Assembly: GCA_963662545.2 (NCBI GenBank)
Contig: CAXXLL010000003.1
Location: forward strand, 1,088,001 to 1,152,000
DNA from: Gammaproteobacteria bacterium
GTDB taxonomy: Bacteria; Pseudomonadota; Gammaproteobacteria; Ga0077536
DNA length: 64,000 nucleotides
Direction: 5' to 3'
Shown here: in pieces, positions 30,988 to 41,916 of the stretch
How positions within the stretch are numbered: position 1 is the first letter of the stretch
How the letters are laid out: each line of letters opens with the position of its first letter
Notes under the pieces: model-generated
The model's input: the letters and a program-made list of their open reading frames with translations, nothing else
Database searches by the model: none
What the model was told of the DNA's origin: nothing
Program-made: the position numbers and the translations under genes

Positions 30988-32205
30988 ATGGCAGAAGCTG
31001 CAGTCAAAACCGACATGTTCACCTGGGAAGGTGTCGACAAATCCGGGAAGCGAGTCAAAGGGGAAATGTCGGGGCGCAACGATGCGCTCATCAAAGCACA
31101 GCTTAGGCGTCAGGGCGTCAATCCGCTCAAGGTCAAAAAGAAATCCAAACCACTGTTCGGCGGCGGCGGCTCGATCACAACCAAGGAAATTACCGTTTTC
31201 TCGCGTCAGGTCGCCACCATGATGTCGTCCGGCGTACCGCTGGTACAGTCGTTCGAAATCGTCGGACGCGGTCATGAGAATCCGGCCATGCAGGAACTGA
31301 TCATGACGATCAAGGCCGATGTCGAAGCCGGTGGTAATCTCAACGAAGCATTTGGGAAACACCCCAGACACTTCAGCGAACTTTACGTCAATCTGGTCGA
31401 GGCCGGCGAGCACGCGGGTATTCTCGAAGATATCCTGCACAAGCTCGCAACGTACATGGAAAAGACCGAGGCGTTGAAATCAAAGGTCAAGGGTGCGCTG
31501 TTCTATCCGACCGCCGTAGTCGTCGTTGCCTTCATCATCACCATGATCCTCATGATCTTCGTGATACCGCAGTTCCAGACTCTTTTCGATGGATTCGGCG
31601 CCGACCTGCCCGCACTGACGCAAGTGGTCATCGAGATGTCCAAATGGTTCCAATCCTACTGGTACATTTTGATTGGCGGCATCGTCGGGACAGTCATGGG
31701 CATCATGCAATTGATGAGGCGTTCGAAGAAATTCGCCCATTTCGTCGATCGGCTCATGCTCAAGATGCCCGTGATAGGAGAAATCCTGGACAAGTCGGCG
31801 ATCGCGCGTTTCGCGAGAACCCTGCAGACGATGTTTGCCGCCGGCACGCCGCTGGTCGAAGCGATGACCTCGGTAGCCGGCGCGTGCGGCAATATCGTCT
31901 ACTACGAAGCAGTCATGAAGATGCGCGACGAAGTCGCCACCGGAACGCAAATGCAGGTCGCGATGCGCGATGCCAACATCTTCCCCAACATGGTGATCCA
32001 AATGGTCGCGATCGGCGAGGAATCGGGCGCACTCGACACGATGCTTGGGAAGATCGCGGACTGGTACGAGCAGGAAGTGGATGACGCCGTCGATGCGCTG
32101 ACGAGCTTGCTAGAACCGCTGATCATGGCCGTACTGGGCGTCCTCATCGGCGGCCTGGTCATTGCCATGTACCTGCCCATATTCAAGATGGGTCAAGTCA
32201 TCTAA
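30988..32205 (+). CDS. pilC: type IV pilus platform protein (GspF family)
   Basis: FSRQVATMMSSGVPL, AGEHAG, GEESGALD, AMYLPIF. Confidence 0.96.
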   Translation: MAEAAVKTDMFTWEGVDKSGKRVKGEMSGRNDALIKAQLRRQGVNPLKVKKKSKPLFGGGGSITTKEITVFSRQVATMMSSGVPLVQSFEIVGRGHENPAMQELIMTIKADVEAGGNLNEAFGKHPRHFSELYVNLVEAGEHAGILEDILHKLATYMEKTEALKSKVKGALFYPTAVVVVAFIITMILMIFVIPQFQTLFDGFGADLPALTQVVIEMSKWFQSYWYILIGGIVGTVMGIMQLMRRSKKFAHFVDRLMLKMPVIGEILDKSAIARFARTLQTMFAAGTPLVEAMTSVAGACGNIVYYEAVMKMRDEVATGTQMQVAMRDANIFPNMVIQMVAIGEESGALDTMLGKIADWYEQEVDDAVDALTSLLEPLIMAVLGVLIGGLVIAMYLPIFKMGQVI

Positions 32206-32292
32206 GGCGGCCCGCGGGCGTATCCGACAAACTGTCTTTCGCCTGTCTCGCCCCCCTGGCAGTTGACGCGCCAACCGGCGGTCCGCTAAACG

Positions 32293-33195
32293 ATGGACCT
32301 GGTCACGATCTTTGATTCCGAACCGTACCTTCTCGTTGGTGCGATGGTGGCCCTCGGGCTACTAGTCGGAAGTTTCCTCAACGTCGTCATTCTGAGACTT
32401 CCCGTGGTCATGGAGCGCGAATGGAAATCCGAATGCCGCGCCCTGCTGGAGATCGATGGTGTTGAGGCGGGATCCGAACCGTTCGATCTAATACGTCCGC
32501 GTTCCCGATGTCCGAATTGTCAAAATCTGATCACCGCATGGGACAATATTCCGGTCTTCAGCTATATCCTCTTGCAGGGAAAATGTCGCCATTGCAGCGC
32601 TCCGATTTCGCCGCGCTACCCTACTATTGAATTGCTGGCCGGCTTCGCGGCCGGCTACGCCGCCTGGCATTTCGGCGTTCGCAGCGATCCGCTCACCATT
32701 GAGCTACTAGCCAAAAGCCTGGCGGCCGCGTTTTTTGTGTGGGCGCTTATCGCGCTTACCGTCATCGACCTCGACACCCAGATGCTGCCGGACAGCATTA
32801 CCTACCCCCTTCTGTGGGCCGGCATAGGTCTTGGATTCTTCGGGCTGTTCGCCGGCGACCTGCAGGCGGCCGTTCTGGGCGCTATGCTCGGTTACCTGAG
32901 CTTGTGGAGCGTCTACTGGGCCTTCAGACTCATCACCGGAAAAGAGGGGATGGGTTACGGCGACTTCAAGCTACTGGCCGCTCTCGGCGCCTGGATGGGA
33001 TGGCAGGCGCTCCCCGCCATCATCCTCATTTCCTCGGCCCTTGGCGCCCTGATCGGCGTGACGATGATCGTGACCGGTCTCATCAAGCGCTCTGAACCGA
33101 TACCCTTCGGGCCCTATCTCGCGTTGGCCGGCGTCGTCGCGCTCTTCTGGGAGCAGCCGCTGGCGCGATTGTTCACGGGCTCGGTCGTCCTCTAG
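32293..33195 (+). CDS. pilD: prepilin peptidase / N-methyltransferase
   Basis: GSFLNVVI, two CxxC pairs, GMGYGDFKL, PFGPYL. Confidence 0.96.
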   Translation: MDLVTIFDSEPYLLVGAMVALGLLVGSFLNVVILRLPVVMEREWKSECRALLEIDGVEAGSEPFDLIRPRSRCPNCQNLITAWDNIPVFSYILLQGKCRHCSAPISPRYPTIELLAGFAAGYAAWHFGVRSDPLTIELLAKSLAAAFFVWALIALTVIDLDTQMLPDSITYPLLWAGIGLGFFGLFAGDLQAAVLGAMLGYLSLWSVYWAFRLITGKEGMGYGDFKLLAALGAWMGWQALPAIILISSALGALIGVTMIVTGLIKRSEPIPFGPYLALAGVVALFWEQPLARLFTGSVVL

Positions 33196-33806
33196 TGCGG
33201 GCTTATATTGTAGGCGTAACCGGTGGGATAGGGTCCGGAAAAACAACCGTTTGTGATGAATTCGCCGGGTGCCACCGGCGCACGGTGATCGACGCCGACA
33301 TCGTCGCCCGGGAAGTCGTCGAACCCGGCCAAACAGCCCTGGCGGAAATCGTCGACGCCTTTGGTGCAGACGTACTGGACGCTACCGGGCGCCTGGACCG
33401 CGCCCACTTGAAGCGCATGATTTTTGCCGATGAAACCAGGCGCAACCGCTTGGAGCATCTGCTGCATCCAAGGATACGGGCCCGCATAGAATCAAAGGTC
33501 GATGCCGTCGACGATGATTATTGCCTTCTTTGCATACCACTGCTCGCGGAAGGTAAAGCTTACGAGTTGATCGATCGAATCCTGGTGATCGATTGCCCTG
33601 AATCGCTGCAGCTCGCTCGCGTTCAGCAACGCGACGATTTGACAGAGCAGGAAGTCACCGCAATCATGCGCACACAGGCGTCGCGAAAGGCACGTTTACA
33701 AATAGCTGACGACGTCATTCTAAACGACAGTGATACCGCGCAACTTGCCGATCGCGTCGAAGAACTTCATCATTCTTACGTAAAGCTTGCGGCATCGAGA
33801 GCATGA
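33195..33806 (+). CDS. coaE: dephospho-CoA kinase
   Basis: GVTGGIGSGKT, IDADIVAREVV, LLHPRIR. Confidence 0.96.
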   Translation: MRAYIVGVTGGIGSGKTTVCDEFAGCHRRTVIDADIVAREVVEPGQTALAEIVDAFGADVLDATGRLDRAHLKRMIFADETRRNRLEHLLHPRIRARIESKVDAVDDDYCLLCIPLLAEGKAYELIDRILVIDCPESLQLARVQQRDDLTEQEVTAIMRTQASRKARLQIADDVILNDSDTAQLADRVEELHHSYVKLAASRA

Positions 33807-33819
33807 AAGTGACCTGCCA

Positions 33820-34635
33820 ATGATTGCAGAGGATTCCGGAAAGCAGGCCAGTCTATTTCCCGAATCCGGTCACGCGATAGCGTATGAACAACCGCTCAAT
33901 GAGCGCATACGCAATTGCCTGCGTTTAGAACACCTTTTCTTTGGCATTGAGTTCGGAATAAACGGTGGTAGCGCCTGGGACGCGCGTGACGCCCTCGCGC
34001 GGATGCTCGAGGTCAGCGATTATCTGATCAGGACGGATATCAAGGCTGAATTGATCAAGGAACTCGAACGCGAGATCTCGACGTTTAACGGCTTGCGTAA
34101 TAATCCTGGCGTAAGCCCTGAAGCGCTGGACATAACGATCTCCACGATTAACGACGTGCTGATGAAACTGAAGTCGCCTGGTTGCCAGCCAGGGAATGCT
34201 CTTCGCAACGACGATCTTGCCAATCAGGTCAGACAACGCATAAGTATTCCCGGCGGCACCTGCAATTTTGATCTGCCCGCCCTGCATTTCTGGCTAAATA
34301 TAGAGCCTCGCGTACGCGCCGAGCATATGAACGCCTGGATGGACGATCTCCAAATCATTGATACAGCGACCCGGACCATCTTGAAATTGATACGCAGCAG
34401 CAGTAATCCGAGAATGGTAACTGCCAAAGAAGGGTTTTATCAACAACAAATTGACTCTGCGTCGCCGTGCCAGATCGTGCGCGTTGTGGTGGATCCATCT
34501 GTCGATCTATTTCCGGAGATCAGCGGCGGGAAGCATCGTTTTACGATTCGGTTTTATACACAGCACGGCACCTCAGATCGCCCGGTACAAGTCAAAAGCG
34601 ACACCGAATTCGAACTGCATTGCTGCGGCATTTAA
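33820..34635 (+). CDS. zapD: cell division protein ZapD
   Basis: YEQPLNERIR..LRLE, IPGGTCNFDLP, PEISGGKHRF; ATG 33820 chosen as start. Confidence 0.92.
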   Translation: MIAEDSGKQASLFPESGHAIAYEQPLNERIRNCLRLEHLFFGIEFGINGGSAWDARDALARMLEVSDYLIRTDIKAELIKELEREISTFNGLRNNPGVSPEALDITISTINDVLMKLKSPGCQPGNALRNDDLANQVRQRISIPGGTCNFDLPALHFWLNIEPRVRAEHMNAWMDDLQIIDTATRTILKLIRSSSNPRMVTAKEGFYQQQIDSASPCQIVRVVVDPSVDLFPEISGGKHRFTIRFYTQHGTSDRPVQVKSDTEFELHCCGI

Positions 34636-34750
34636 GCCGCTTATTGCACGAAACCGGCTGGAGCAGGGACGCGCGCGCGCAACGTGCGGATCGACGCCCG
34701 CGGTAGATAAGGTAATACAATTTGCGCACCCACTGATTGAAATCGATCGG

Positions 34751-35812
34751 TCATCCAATAGGGGGCCGATCCATTCGACTTCGTTTGACGTAAGCCGATG
34801 CCAGTAACGATTCGAGGCATTTTTCGAGAACGTGCCCCGGATCGGTTTCATCCCACAGACCGCGCATCATTGCGACCCCCTGGCAACCCGCCCGCAGCGC
34901 GAGGCGGGTGTCGTCCGCGTGCATACCGCCCAGGGCGAAAACAGGCACGTTCGCGCGCCGGACGAACTGTCGCAACCGATGCCAGCCAAGGATTTGCCCG
35001 TCGGGATGAGACTGCGTTTTGTGCACCGGTGACAGGTATACAAAATCGACGCCAAGGCGTTCGGCGTGCTGCAATTCGGCGATGTTATGGCACGAGGCGC
35101 TCACTATGAAATCGCCACCCAGGGGACGTTCGGAAAGCTGCAGCAGCCGTCGGGCGTTCAAGTGAAGACCGTGTGCTCCTGCGTGCAGGATATCACTGGT
35201 CAGTCCGTTGATGAGCAGTTTCGCAGCATAACGATTGCACAATGAAACTGCTTCGCGATGGAGACGGCGGACTTTAGCAACGTTACCCGGTTCCAAGCGG
35301 AGTTGGACCAACTCGACGCCACCATCGAGGCAACGTTCCAAAACTTGAAGGAATGCACCGGCGTCCGTGTGCAACGACGGGGTGATCAGGGCAGTTCTCG
35401 GCAAACTAAGCGCTTTTGTAATTGGTAAATTCGCCTCAGGAAAATGGATTTCGGAGAGGTCAGCGGGCTTAACCCAGCGGATTTGCTGTCCCTCCCGGCC
35501 GACGGGTTCCCCACTCCACTCCGTTACCTCGAGGACTTCCAGATCGACCCGCTTGTCCGGGTATTGATATAAGACACGAATCAAGGGCGTTCCCCGCTTA
35601 ATGCCTATACCCAATTCTTCATGAAGTTCACGCGCAAGCGCATCGATCTGGCGTTCCCGGTTTTCGAGCTTGCCGCCAGGAAACTCCCACAAACCACCCT
35701 GATCGCCACCCGATGATCTCAGTCCCAGGAGGATGGCACCGTCGCGGCGTCGAATAACGGCCGCGGCGACATGCACCGGCCGGTGCGTATTCGTTTCCGG
35801 CTCACTTCGCAT
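34751..35812 (-). CDS. mutT: 8-oxo-dGTP diphosphatase MutT fused to a thiamine-phosphate-synthase-like domain
   Basis: Nudix box WEFPGGK..ARELHEELGI and GREGQ, then SCH, LSPV..T.SHP and ALGG motifs. Confidence 0.9.
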   Translation of the reverse strand: MRSEPETNTHRPVHVAAAVIRRRDGAILLGLRSSGGDQGGLWEFPGGKLENRERQIDALARELHEELGIGIKRGTPLIRVLYQYPDKRVDLEVLEVTEWSGEPVGREGQQIRWVKPADLSEIHFPEANLPITKALSLPRTALITPSLHTDAGAFLQVLERCLDGGVELVQLRLEPGNVAKVRRLHREAVSLCNRYAAKLLINGLTSDILHAGAHGLHLNARRLLQLSERPLGGDFIVSASCHNIAELQHAERLGVDFVYLSPVHKTQSHPDGQILGWHRLRQFVRRANVPVFALGGMHADDTRLALRAGCQGVAMMRGLWDETDPGHVLEKCLESLLASAYVKRSRMDRPPIG

Positions 35813-35858
35813 CTTGCCCGCGAAAACATTCTGAATTATCCGGGCGCATATCCATTAG

Positions 35859-36020
35859 GGAACTTCTGAGTAAGTCATGGTGCGTCTGAATTGTTCATGA
35901 AATCGTGCAGATCAAGGCACGAATCACAGGCCATAGCGGGGACTATGGGCAAGGTTCGTAACGTAAGACTCCGCGATTTCATGGGCACGGCAGGTTTGCC
36001 ATGACTTATTCAGAGGTTCC
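35859..36020. mobile_element. family A 162-bp IS5-like MITE, copy 2
   Basis: 22-bp TIR with 2 mismatches, TTAG direct repeat on both sides; 17 mismatches versus copy 1 by manual count. Confidence 0.92.
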
Positions 36021-36029
36021 TTAGCCTGA

Positions 36030-37280
36030 TTAACTTCGATATTCGGCGTTAATCTTTACATAATCGTACGAAAAATCGCAGGTCCAGACCGACGCGGCCG
36101 CGGAACCACGACCGATCTCGATTGAGATATCGATATCATCGCACTTCATCAAGGCTGCCGCCCTCGATTCATCGTAATCGCGAACGCGTTCCCCACCTGC
36201 AACGATGCAATATCCGGAAATCTTGATCGAAACTTCGTCGATGCGCATGTCATCGATGCCGGCCCGCCCGATTGCCGCTAGGATTCGCCCCCAGTTCGGA
36301 TCGCTGGCGAACAGAGCCGTTTTAACCAGCGGTGATTCGGCGACGGTATAGGCGACCTGCAGGCAGTCCTCTTCATGTTTACCGCCTAGCACGTGAACGC
36401 TGATGAACTTAGTGGCTCCTTCTCCATCACGCACGATATCCTGCGCGAGACTTCGACATACGCGCGCGACCGCAGCGGCCAAGGCTGAATAATGCGGGTG
36501 ATCGCCGACGTCGATTAGTTCTCCTTCACTTTGCCCGGTCGCAATCAAGGTGAAGGCGTCGTTAGTCGAGGTATCACCGTCCACACTGATGCGATTGAAA
36601 CTCTGGTTTGCGCTGTCATTGGCAATAGTTTGTAAAAGGTCCGGCGCCACGGCTGCATCCGTCGCCACATAGGCCAGCATCGTCGCCATATCCGGGCGGA
36701 TCATGCCGCTGCCCTTGGCAATTCCCGTCACCGTGTAGAGAACTTCGCCGCACCGTACCCGAATGCTTCTCACTTTCGGTACCGTATCGGTCGTCATGAT
36801 CGCAGCGGCCGCAGCTGCCCAATTGTCTGCGGATAATGAAGAGAGAAGCTCGGGTACCAGATTTTCTATCGGGCCGATGTCTAGCTGTTCACCGATAACA
36901 CCGGTAGAAAAAGGGAGGACCGCCTCCGGGGTACAACCCGCGCTTTGCGAAACCGCCTCGCATATGCCTATGGCGCGACGTTCTCCCTCGGTTCCGGTAC
37001 CGGCATTGGCGTTGCCGGCATTGATAATCAGATATCGGGTCCCGCCGGCCCGCAGATGTCGTCGAGCCACTGAAACTGGCGCTGCGGAAAACTTGTTTTT
37101 CGTAAACAAGCAATGAACGTTCGCGGATTCGGCAATCTCAATGACGCACAAATCGTCGCGATTTACATACTTGATCCCCGTTGCGCCGTGTGCGAGGCGA
37201 ATACCCGCGACAACGAATGGCTTCTGTTGAGGCGCCAGATCGGCCACGGGATCCGAAATTGGATCAACTGAGTTTTCCAT
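36030..37280 (-). CDS. argJ: bifunctional ornithine acetyltransferase / N-acetylglutamate synthase (start uncertain)
   Basis: [47 protein letters not shown]. Confidence 0.95.
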   Translation of the reverse strand: MENSVDPISDPVADLAPQQKPFVVAGIRLAHGATGIKYVNRDDLCVIEIAESANVHCLFTKNKFSAAPVSVARRHLRAGGTRYLIINAGNANAGTGTEGERRAIGICEAVSQSAGCTPEAVLPFSTGVIGEQLDIGPIENLVPELLSSLSADNWAAAAAAIMTTDTVPKVRSIRVRCGEVLYTVTGIAKGSGMIRPDMATMLAYVATDAAVAPDLLQTIANDSANQSFNRISVDGDTSTNDAFTLIATGQSEGELIDVGDHPHYSALAAAVARVCRSLAQDIVRDGEGATKFISVHVLGGKHEEDCLQVAYTVAESPLVKTALFASDPNWGRILAAIGRAGIDDMRIDEVSIKISGYCIVAGGERVRDYDESRAAALMKCDDIDISIEIGRGSAAASVWTCDFSYDYVKINAEYRS

Positions 37281-39996
37281 GGCATTGCTTGAATTTCTTG
37301 CCCGAACCGCAGGGGCACGGTTCATTGCGGCCAATTTTCCGTCCTTGTCTTACATAAGGCGTGTTTTGCCCGGCTTCGGCAGGGGGCGCTGATTCCGCAT
37401 TTTCGGAAGATTGATACTGGTAATGCTGTTCCGAAGTCCGACGATTCTGCTCTTCAACGGCATCGACGTCGTCCCGTGCCTTGACTTCGACTTTGGACAG
37501 GATGCCGATTACATCACGGGTAATTTCCTGGAGCAGCCTTTCGAACATGTGGAAGGCTTCGCGCTTGTACTCCTGCTTGGGGTTTTTCTGTGCAAATCCC
37601 CGCAGATGAATACCCTGGCGCAGATAATCCATCGCTCCCAGGTGTTCCTTCCAATGCGCGTCGAGAATCTGCAGCATGATGGCCTTTTCGAAATTGCGGA
37701 GCACTTCCGAACCTGCCAGTTCTTCCTTGTGAGCGTACGACTGTTCGATTTCTTCCAGAATTCGGACGCGAATCTGGTCTTCCTCGAGGTCTTCCTCGGC
37801 ATCCAGCCATGCCTGGACGGCGACTTTTGTAGCGAACTCCTGGTCCAATGCATTGACCAGCCCGGCCACGTCCCAGTCGTCTTCAAAGCTCCTGGGTGGG
37901 ATGTAAGTATCGGTCAAATCGTTGACCACATCGTGTCGGATACCACGAATATTTTCCGAAATATCTTCCGCTTCCATTAAATCGCGACGCTGTTCGTAAA
38001 TGTGTTTGCGCTGATCATTCGCGACGTCGTCGAATTCTAGAAGCTGCTTGCGGATATCGAAGTTCCGACCTTCGACTTTTCGCTGGGCATTCTCGATCGC
38101 CTTGGTGACCCATTGGTGTTCGATCGCTTCGCCCTCTTCCATGCCGAGCTTCTGCATCAGTCCGCTCACGCGTTCTGATGCAAATATTCTCATCAGGCTA
38201 TCCTCTAGGGAAAGGTAAAACCGGCTCGATCCCGGATCACCCTGGCGGCCCGCGCGGCCCCTCAACTGATTATCGATACGACGGGATTCGTGACGTTCGG
38301 TACCGGTGATATGCAATCCCCCGGCAGCAATAACTTCGTCATGCCGTACCTGCCATGCAGATCGAACCGCTTTGATTTGTTCTTCCGTGGGTTTGTCGAG
38401 TTCGGCAAGCTCTGCCTCGAGGTTGCCTCCGAGCACGATATCCGTCCCTCGACCGGCCATGTTCGTTGCCACCGTCACACTGCCCGGCGCACCGGCTTGC
38501 GCTACGATGTGGGCCTCTTTCTCGTGAAATTTCGCGTTCAATACCTGGTGCTTGATTCCCTTTTTACGCAAAAGGCCCGACAGGTATTCACTGGTTTCGA
38601 TTGACGTCGTACCAACCAACACAGGTTGTCGATGCTCGGTGCAGTACTTGATGTCCTCGATGATCGCGTTGTATTTTTCCTTGGCGGTCAGATAGATCAA
38701 GTCCCCACGGTCGTCGCGGATCATAATTTTGTCGGTCGGGATGACGACGACTTCGAGGCCATATATTTCCTGAAATTCGTATGCTTCAGTATCCGCCGTG
38801 CCGGTCATTCCTGACATCGTTTCGTACAAGCGAAAATAATTTTGATACGTAATCGACGCCAGGGTCTGATTTTCCTGCTGGATTGCAACACCTTCCTTCG
38901 CTTCCACCGCCTGGTGCAGACCTTCGGACCAGCGGCGCCCTGGCATGGTACGACCGGTAAACTCATCTACGATCACTATTTCGCCGTCGTTGACGACGTA
39001 ATCCACGTCCCGCTGGAAAAGCGCGTGTGCCCGAATCGCCGCGTATACATGATGCATCAGGGAGATGTTACCCGCGCTATAAAGGCTGTCACCCTCCTGC
39101 AACATGCCGTTTTTGACCAGCAGTACCTCTACCTTTTCGTGCCCGTCCTCGGTGAGATACACTTGGCGCGACTTCTCGTCGACGGTGTAATCTCCCTCTC
39201 CTTCTTCTTCATCTTCGACCTGCTGATCCTGTCGCTGCAAATGAGGGATCAGTGCATTGATCCGGGTGTACAGATCACTTCGATCGTCGGTGGGTCCCGA
39301 AATAATCAGCGGCGTACGCGCCTCGTCGATGAGAATGGAATCAACTTCGTCGACTACTGCGAACACCAGATCCCGCTGCACCCGCTGCTCTGTCGCAAAT
39401 ACCATATTGTCGCGGAGATAATCGAAGCCGAATTCGTTGTTCGTTCCATAGGTAACGTCGCATTGATACGCCCGCTGGCGTTCCTCGCCGATCATGCCTC
39501 CCAGCACCACACCGACCGACATATTCAGGGCGCTGTAGATCTTGCCCATCCATTCGGCGTCACGCTTCGCCAAATAGTCGTTCACCGTAACGACGTGTAC
39601 GCTGCGTCCTGAAAGGGCGTTGAGGTAGCATGGCAGTGTAGCGACCAGCGTTTTACCTTCGCCTGTTCGCATCTCGGCGATTTTGCCTTGATGTAAAACC
39701 ATCCCCCCGATGAGTTGTACGTCGAAATGACGCATGTCGAGGGTTCGTTTGGCGGCTTCCCGGACTACCGCGAACGCCTCTGGAAGCAGGTCTTCGAGCG
39801 TCTCACCCTTAGAGATCCGACTCTTAAATTCCGTCGTCTCGGCCCGTAACTGTTCGTCGCTCAAGGCCGCCATTTTAGGTTCGATCTCGTTGATAGTCTC
39901 GACCGTTTTCTGCATACGCTTCAGCAGTCGGTCATTCCGGCTGCCGAAAACTGATCTCATCAGTCTGAGTGGTAGGATATTTGAGGATACGGCCAT
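37264..39996 (-). CDS. secA: preprotein translocase subunit SecA
   Basis: [41 protein letters not shown]-terminal [17 protein letters not shown]. Confidence 0.99.
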   Translation of the reverse strand: MAVSSNILPLRLMRSVFGSRNDRLLKRMQKTVETINEIEPKMAALSDEQLRAETTEFKSRISKGETLEDLLPEAFAVVREAAKRTLDMRHFDVQLIGGMVLHQGKIAEMRTGEGKTLVATLPCYLNALSGRSVHVVTVNDYLAKRDAEWMGKIYSALNMSVGVVLGGMIGEERQRAYQCDVTYGTNNEFGFDYLRDNMVFATEQRVQRDLVFAVVDEVDSILIDEARTPLIISGPTDDRSDLYTRINALIPHLQRQDQQVEDEEEGEGDYTVDEKSRQVYLTEDGHEKVEVLLVKNGMLQEGDSLYSAGNISLMHHVYAAIRAHALFQRDVDYVVNDGEIVIVDEFTGRTMPGRRWSEGLHQAVEAKEGVAIQQENQTLASITYQNYFRLYETMSGMTGTADTEAYEFQEIYGLEVVVIPTDKIMIRDDRGDLIYLTAKEKYNAIIEDIKYCTEHRQPVLVGTTSIETSEYLSGLLRKKGIKHQVLNAKFHEKEAHIVAQAGAPGSVTVATNMAGRGTDIVLGGNLEAELAELDKPTEEQIKAVRSAWQVRHDEVIAAGGLHITGTERHESRRIDNQLRGRAGRQGDPGSSRFYLSLEDSLMRIFASERVSGLMQKLGMEEGEAIEHQWVTKAIENAQRKVEGRNFDIRKQLLEFDDVANDQRKHIYEQRRDLMEAEDISENIRGIRHDVVNDLTDTYIPPRSFEDDWDVAGLVNALDQEFATKVAVQAWLDAEEDLEEDQIRVRILEEIEQSYAHKEELAGSEVLRNFEKAIMLQILDAHWKEHLGAMDYLRQGIHLRGFAQKNPKQEYKREAFHMFERLLQEITRDVIGILSKVEVKARDDVDAVEEQNRRTSEQHYQYQSSENAESAPPAEAGQNTPYVRQGRKIGRNEPCPCGSGKKFKQCHGKLS

Positions 39997-40016
39997 GCGA
40001 TAGATTGATCGAAGAA

Positions 40017-40186
40017 TTAACGGGATGGCGAAAAACGTCTACCTGACATCGTTCACCTCCCTGGCACCGAATACGAAGTTTTCATCAAGCTCCACCCGTC
40101 ATGCGTTCAAGTGCTCGATGGTCACCGAGAGATCCAATTACCGGAGTCAGACTGGCGGATTTTCAGGTCTATTTTCCAACTCATCA
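40017..40186. mobile_element. family C element, degenerate copy 2 (secA leader)
   Basis: TTAACGGGATGGCGAAAAACGTCTACCTGACATCGTTCACCTC aligns to TTAACAGGTTGGTGAAAAATGTCTTCCTGACATTTTTCACCTC 308 bp downstream; right boundary approximate. Confidence 0.7.
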
Positions 40187-40228
40187 AAGCGTCGGAACCG
40201 CTCCGCGCAGCGCGAGGCAGCGCGGCCT

Positions 40229-40237
40229 ATTGTACCA
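40229..40237 (-). promoter_or_regulatory. possible extended -10 promoter of secA
   Basis: Minus strand TGGTACAAT (TGnTATAAT-like); no clear -35. Confidence 0.4.
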
Positions 40238-40324
40238 AACGGAAGGGGAAGCCGGTTGGAGGCTGCGACCGGTTCCGGGCTTCGGCCGGGCGGTCGTGTA
40301 CCAACCGCCGATTAGGAGAATCCT

Positions 40325-40493
40325 TTAACAGGTTGGTGAAAAATGTCTTCCTGACATTTTTCACCTCGCTACAACGAAAACGCAGTTTCCGTTGCGCTCC
40401 ATCCATCAAGCACTTGACCGCGAGACGGATGCCGCTACGTCCCTGAACCGAACACAGGCTGACGAAAAACGGGGTTTTTCGGCAGCCGGCTAA
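40325..40493. mobile_element. family C element, copy 3
   Basis: Imperfect TIR TTAACAGGTTGGTGAAAAA / TTTTTCGGCAGCCGGCTAA (14/19), internal hairpins; right end overlaps the M23 gene stop codon. Confidence 0.8.
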
Positions 40494-41452
40494 TCGGCCG
40501 AGTACTTGCGAATGAATTTCCAGGGATTCACAGTACGATCGTTGCGGACGACTTCGAAATGCACATGCGGGCCGGTAGAACGCCCGGTTGAACCCAGAAG
40601 TGCGACAGCTTGATTCTTCTCCACTTTGTCGCCGAGGCTAACGAGATTCGCGCGATTGTGTGCATAGCGGGTGATCGTTCCATTGCCGTGGTTGAGTTCG
40701 ACCATGTTCCCGTATCCCCAGCGCCGGCCGGACCAGGTCACGACGCCAGCCGCGACCGCGCGTACCTTGACACCCAATTTCCCAGCGAAATCCACACCCG
40801 CGTGAAACTCCTTCCTGCCGGTGACCGGATCGTTGCGGTATCCATATCCCGAAGAGATCCATCCGTCATTCACCGGGCGGCCCTCGGGCTGCATAGAGTC
40901 GCGTAGCTGCATATCCAGAAGCAGCGATTCCAGGGTCGTCAGGCGAGAGTCTCGGAGCCTGATCTCGTCTTTCAGTGCATCCAAGTTCTTAAGCAAGACC
41001 GCCCACTGAGGCGAATTGGAATGCGCGCTCTCGGGTCCACCCACGCCCGGGGCATTGGCGAAATCAAATTCGACCGGATCAAGTTTAGTGGTCGTAATAA
41101 CGCGTTCAGCAACGGCGTCGAGACGCGTGACGTGGCCTTGAAGCTTGCCAACGGTACTCGCCAAGGCACTCAGATCCGCTTCAATGTCCCGCTCCAATCC
41201 GTTGAGGAACTGCCGTTGGCTGATGATTTCCCGCTGCCAGATTTCCGCCGAGCGCTCGGGATCGCTCAAGATCAGTTCAGCCATATCGTCACCGCCCCGG
41301 GCGTATCCCCAGTAGGCGGAATAGCCCGTCGTCGCGATTATCACCGCGGCGCACACAGCGACGGTCACCCACCCCAAGCGGATCCGGGCGGCCGTGCCAC
41401 GTGATTTCGATATAATTAAAAGTTCCACAACACTAAGCTGCACCGACCACAA
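40490..41452 (-). CDS. M23 family metallopeptidase with N-terminal TM and coiled coil
   Basis: HAGVD, YAHN and STGPHVHFEV LytM motifs; standard position upstream of secA. Confidence 0.92.
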   Translation of the reverse strand: MWSVQLSVVELLIISKSRGTAARIRLGWVTVAVCAAVIIATTGYSAYWGYARGGDDMAELILSDPERSAEIWQREIISQRQFLNGLERDIEADLSALASTVGKLQGHVTRLDAVAERVITTTKLDPVEFDFANAPGVGGPESAHSNSPQWAVLLKNLDALKDEIRLRDSRLTTLESLLLDMQLRDSMQPEGRPVNDGWISSGYGYRNDPVTGRKEFHAGVDFAGKLGVKVRAVAAGVVTWSGRRWGYGNMVELNHGNGTITRYAHNRANLVSLGDKVEKNQAVALLGSTGRSTGPHVHFEVVRNDRTVNPWKFIRKYSAD

Positions 41453-41478
41453 AACGTGGCGCAGAATCAGGCCAGACG

Positions 41479-41916
41479 ATGAAGCTCCCCCACTCGATTT
41501 CCCTTATTGTCACCAAATTTGACCACCTAAAGCAATTGCGTGACCAGGCCGTACGGCTAGATGAACTCGACGATCGCCTTAAAATGCACGTTCCGACGCC
41601 GCTTTCCAAGCATATCCGCCTGGCCACCATACGGGACGGCCTCATGGTCGTTCACGCGGACAGCTCTGCTTGGGCCGCCCAATTACGCTTCAAAACTCCG
41701 GAAATACTGGAGCAGTTGGCGCACGATCCCCTATTCGAGCCGATTCGCAGCATTCGGATCCGCTCAGTGTCTGAAACGGCGCCCGAGGCGCCGATCCGCA
41801 GCCGGCGTAGCATCAGCTCAAAGACCGCCGCCGCGCTCAAAGCTCAGGCGTCCACGATCGCGGACAGTGCGGTGCGCGACGCTCTGATGCGGCTGGCAAT
41901 GCGCGCCAAGGATTGA
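41479..41916 (+). CDS. DUF721 / DciA family protein
   Basis: LMVVHADSSAWAAQLRF motif; conserved position between lpxC and the M23 gene. Confidence 0.8.
   Translation: MKLPHSISLIVTKFDHLKQLRDQAVRLDELDDRLKMHVPTPLSKHIRLATIRDGLMVVHADSSAWAAQLRFKTPEILEQLAHDPLFEPIRSIRIRSVSETAPEAPIRSRRSISSKTAAALKAQASTIADSAVRDALMRLAMRAKD

Noticed and set aside
34751-35812. MutT-ThiE-like fusion as a novelty
   Set aside because: This fusion is already well known downstream of secA/argJ in Pseudomonas, Xanthomonas and relatives
17939-36020. Family A copies as ends of a composite transposon or as CRISPR-type repeats
   Set aside because: Each copy has its own distinct target duplication, the enclosed genes are core housekeeping genes, and there are no regularly spaced repeats or cas genes
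40025-40446. Small ORFs (96 aa, 111 aa) upstream of secA with similar KNVxLTxFTSL peptides, candidate SecM-like leaders
   Set aside because: They are on the strand opposite secA, and the similarity is simply translation of the two family C repeats
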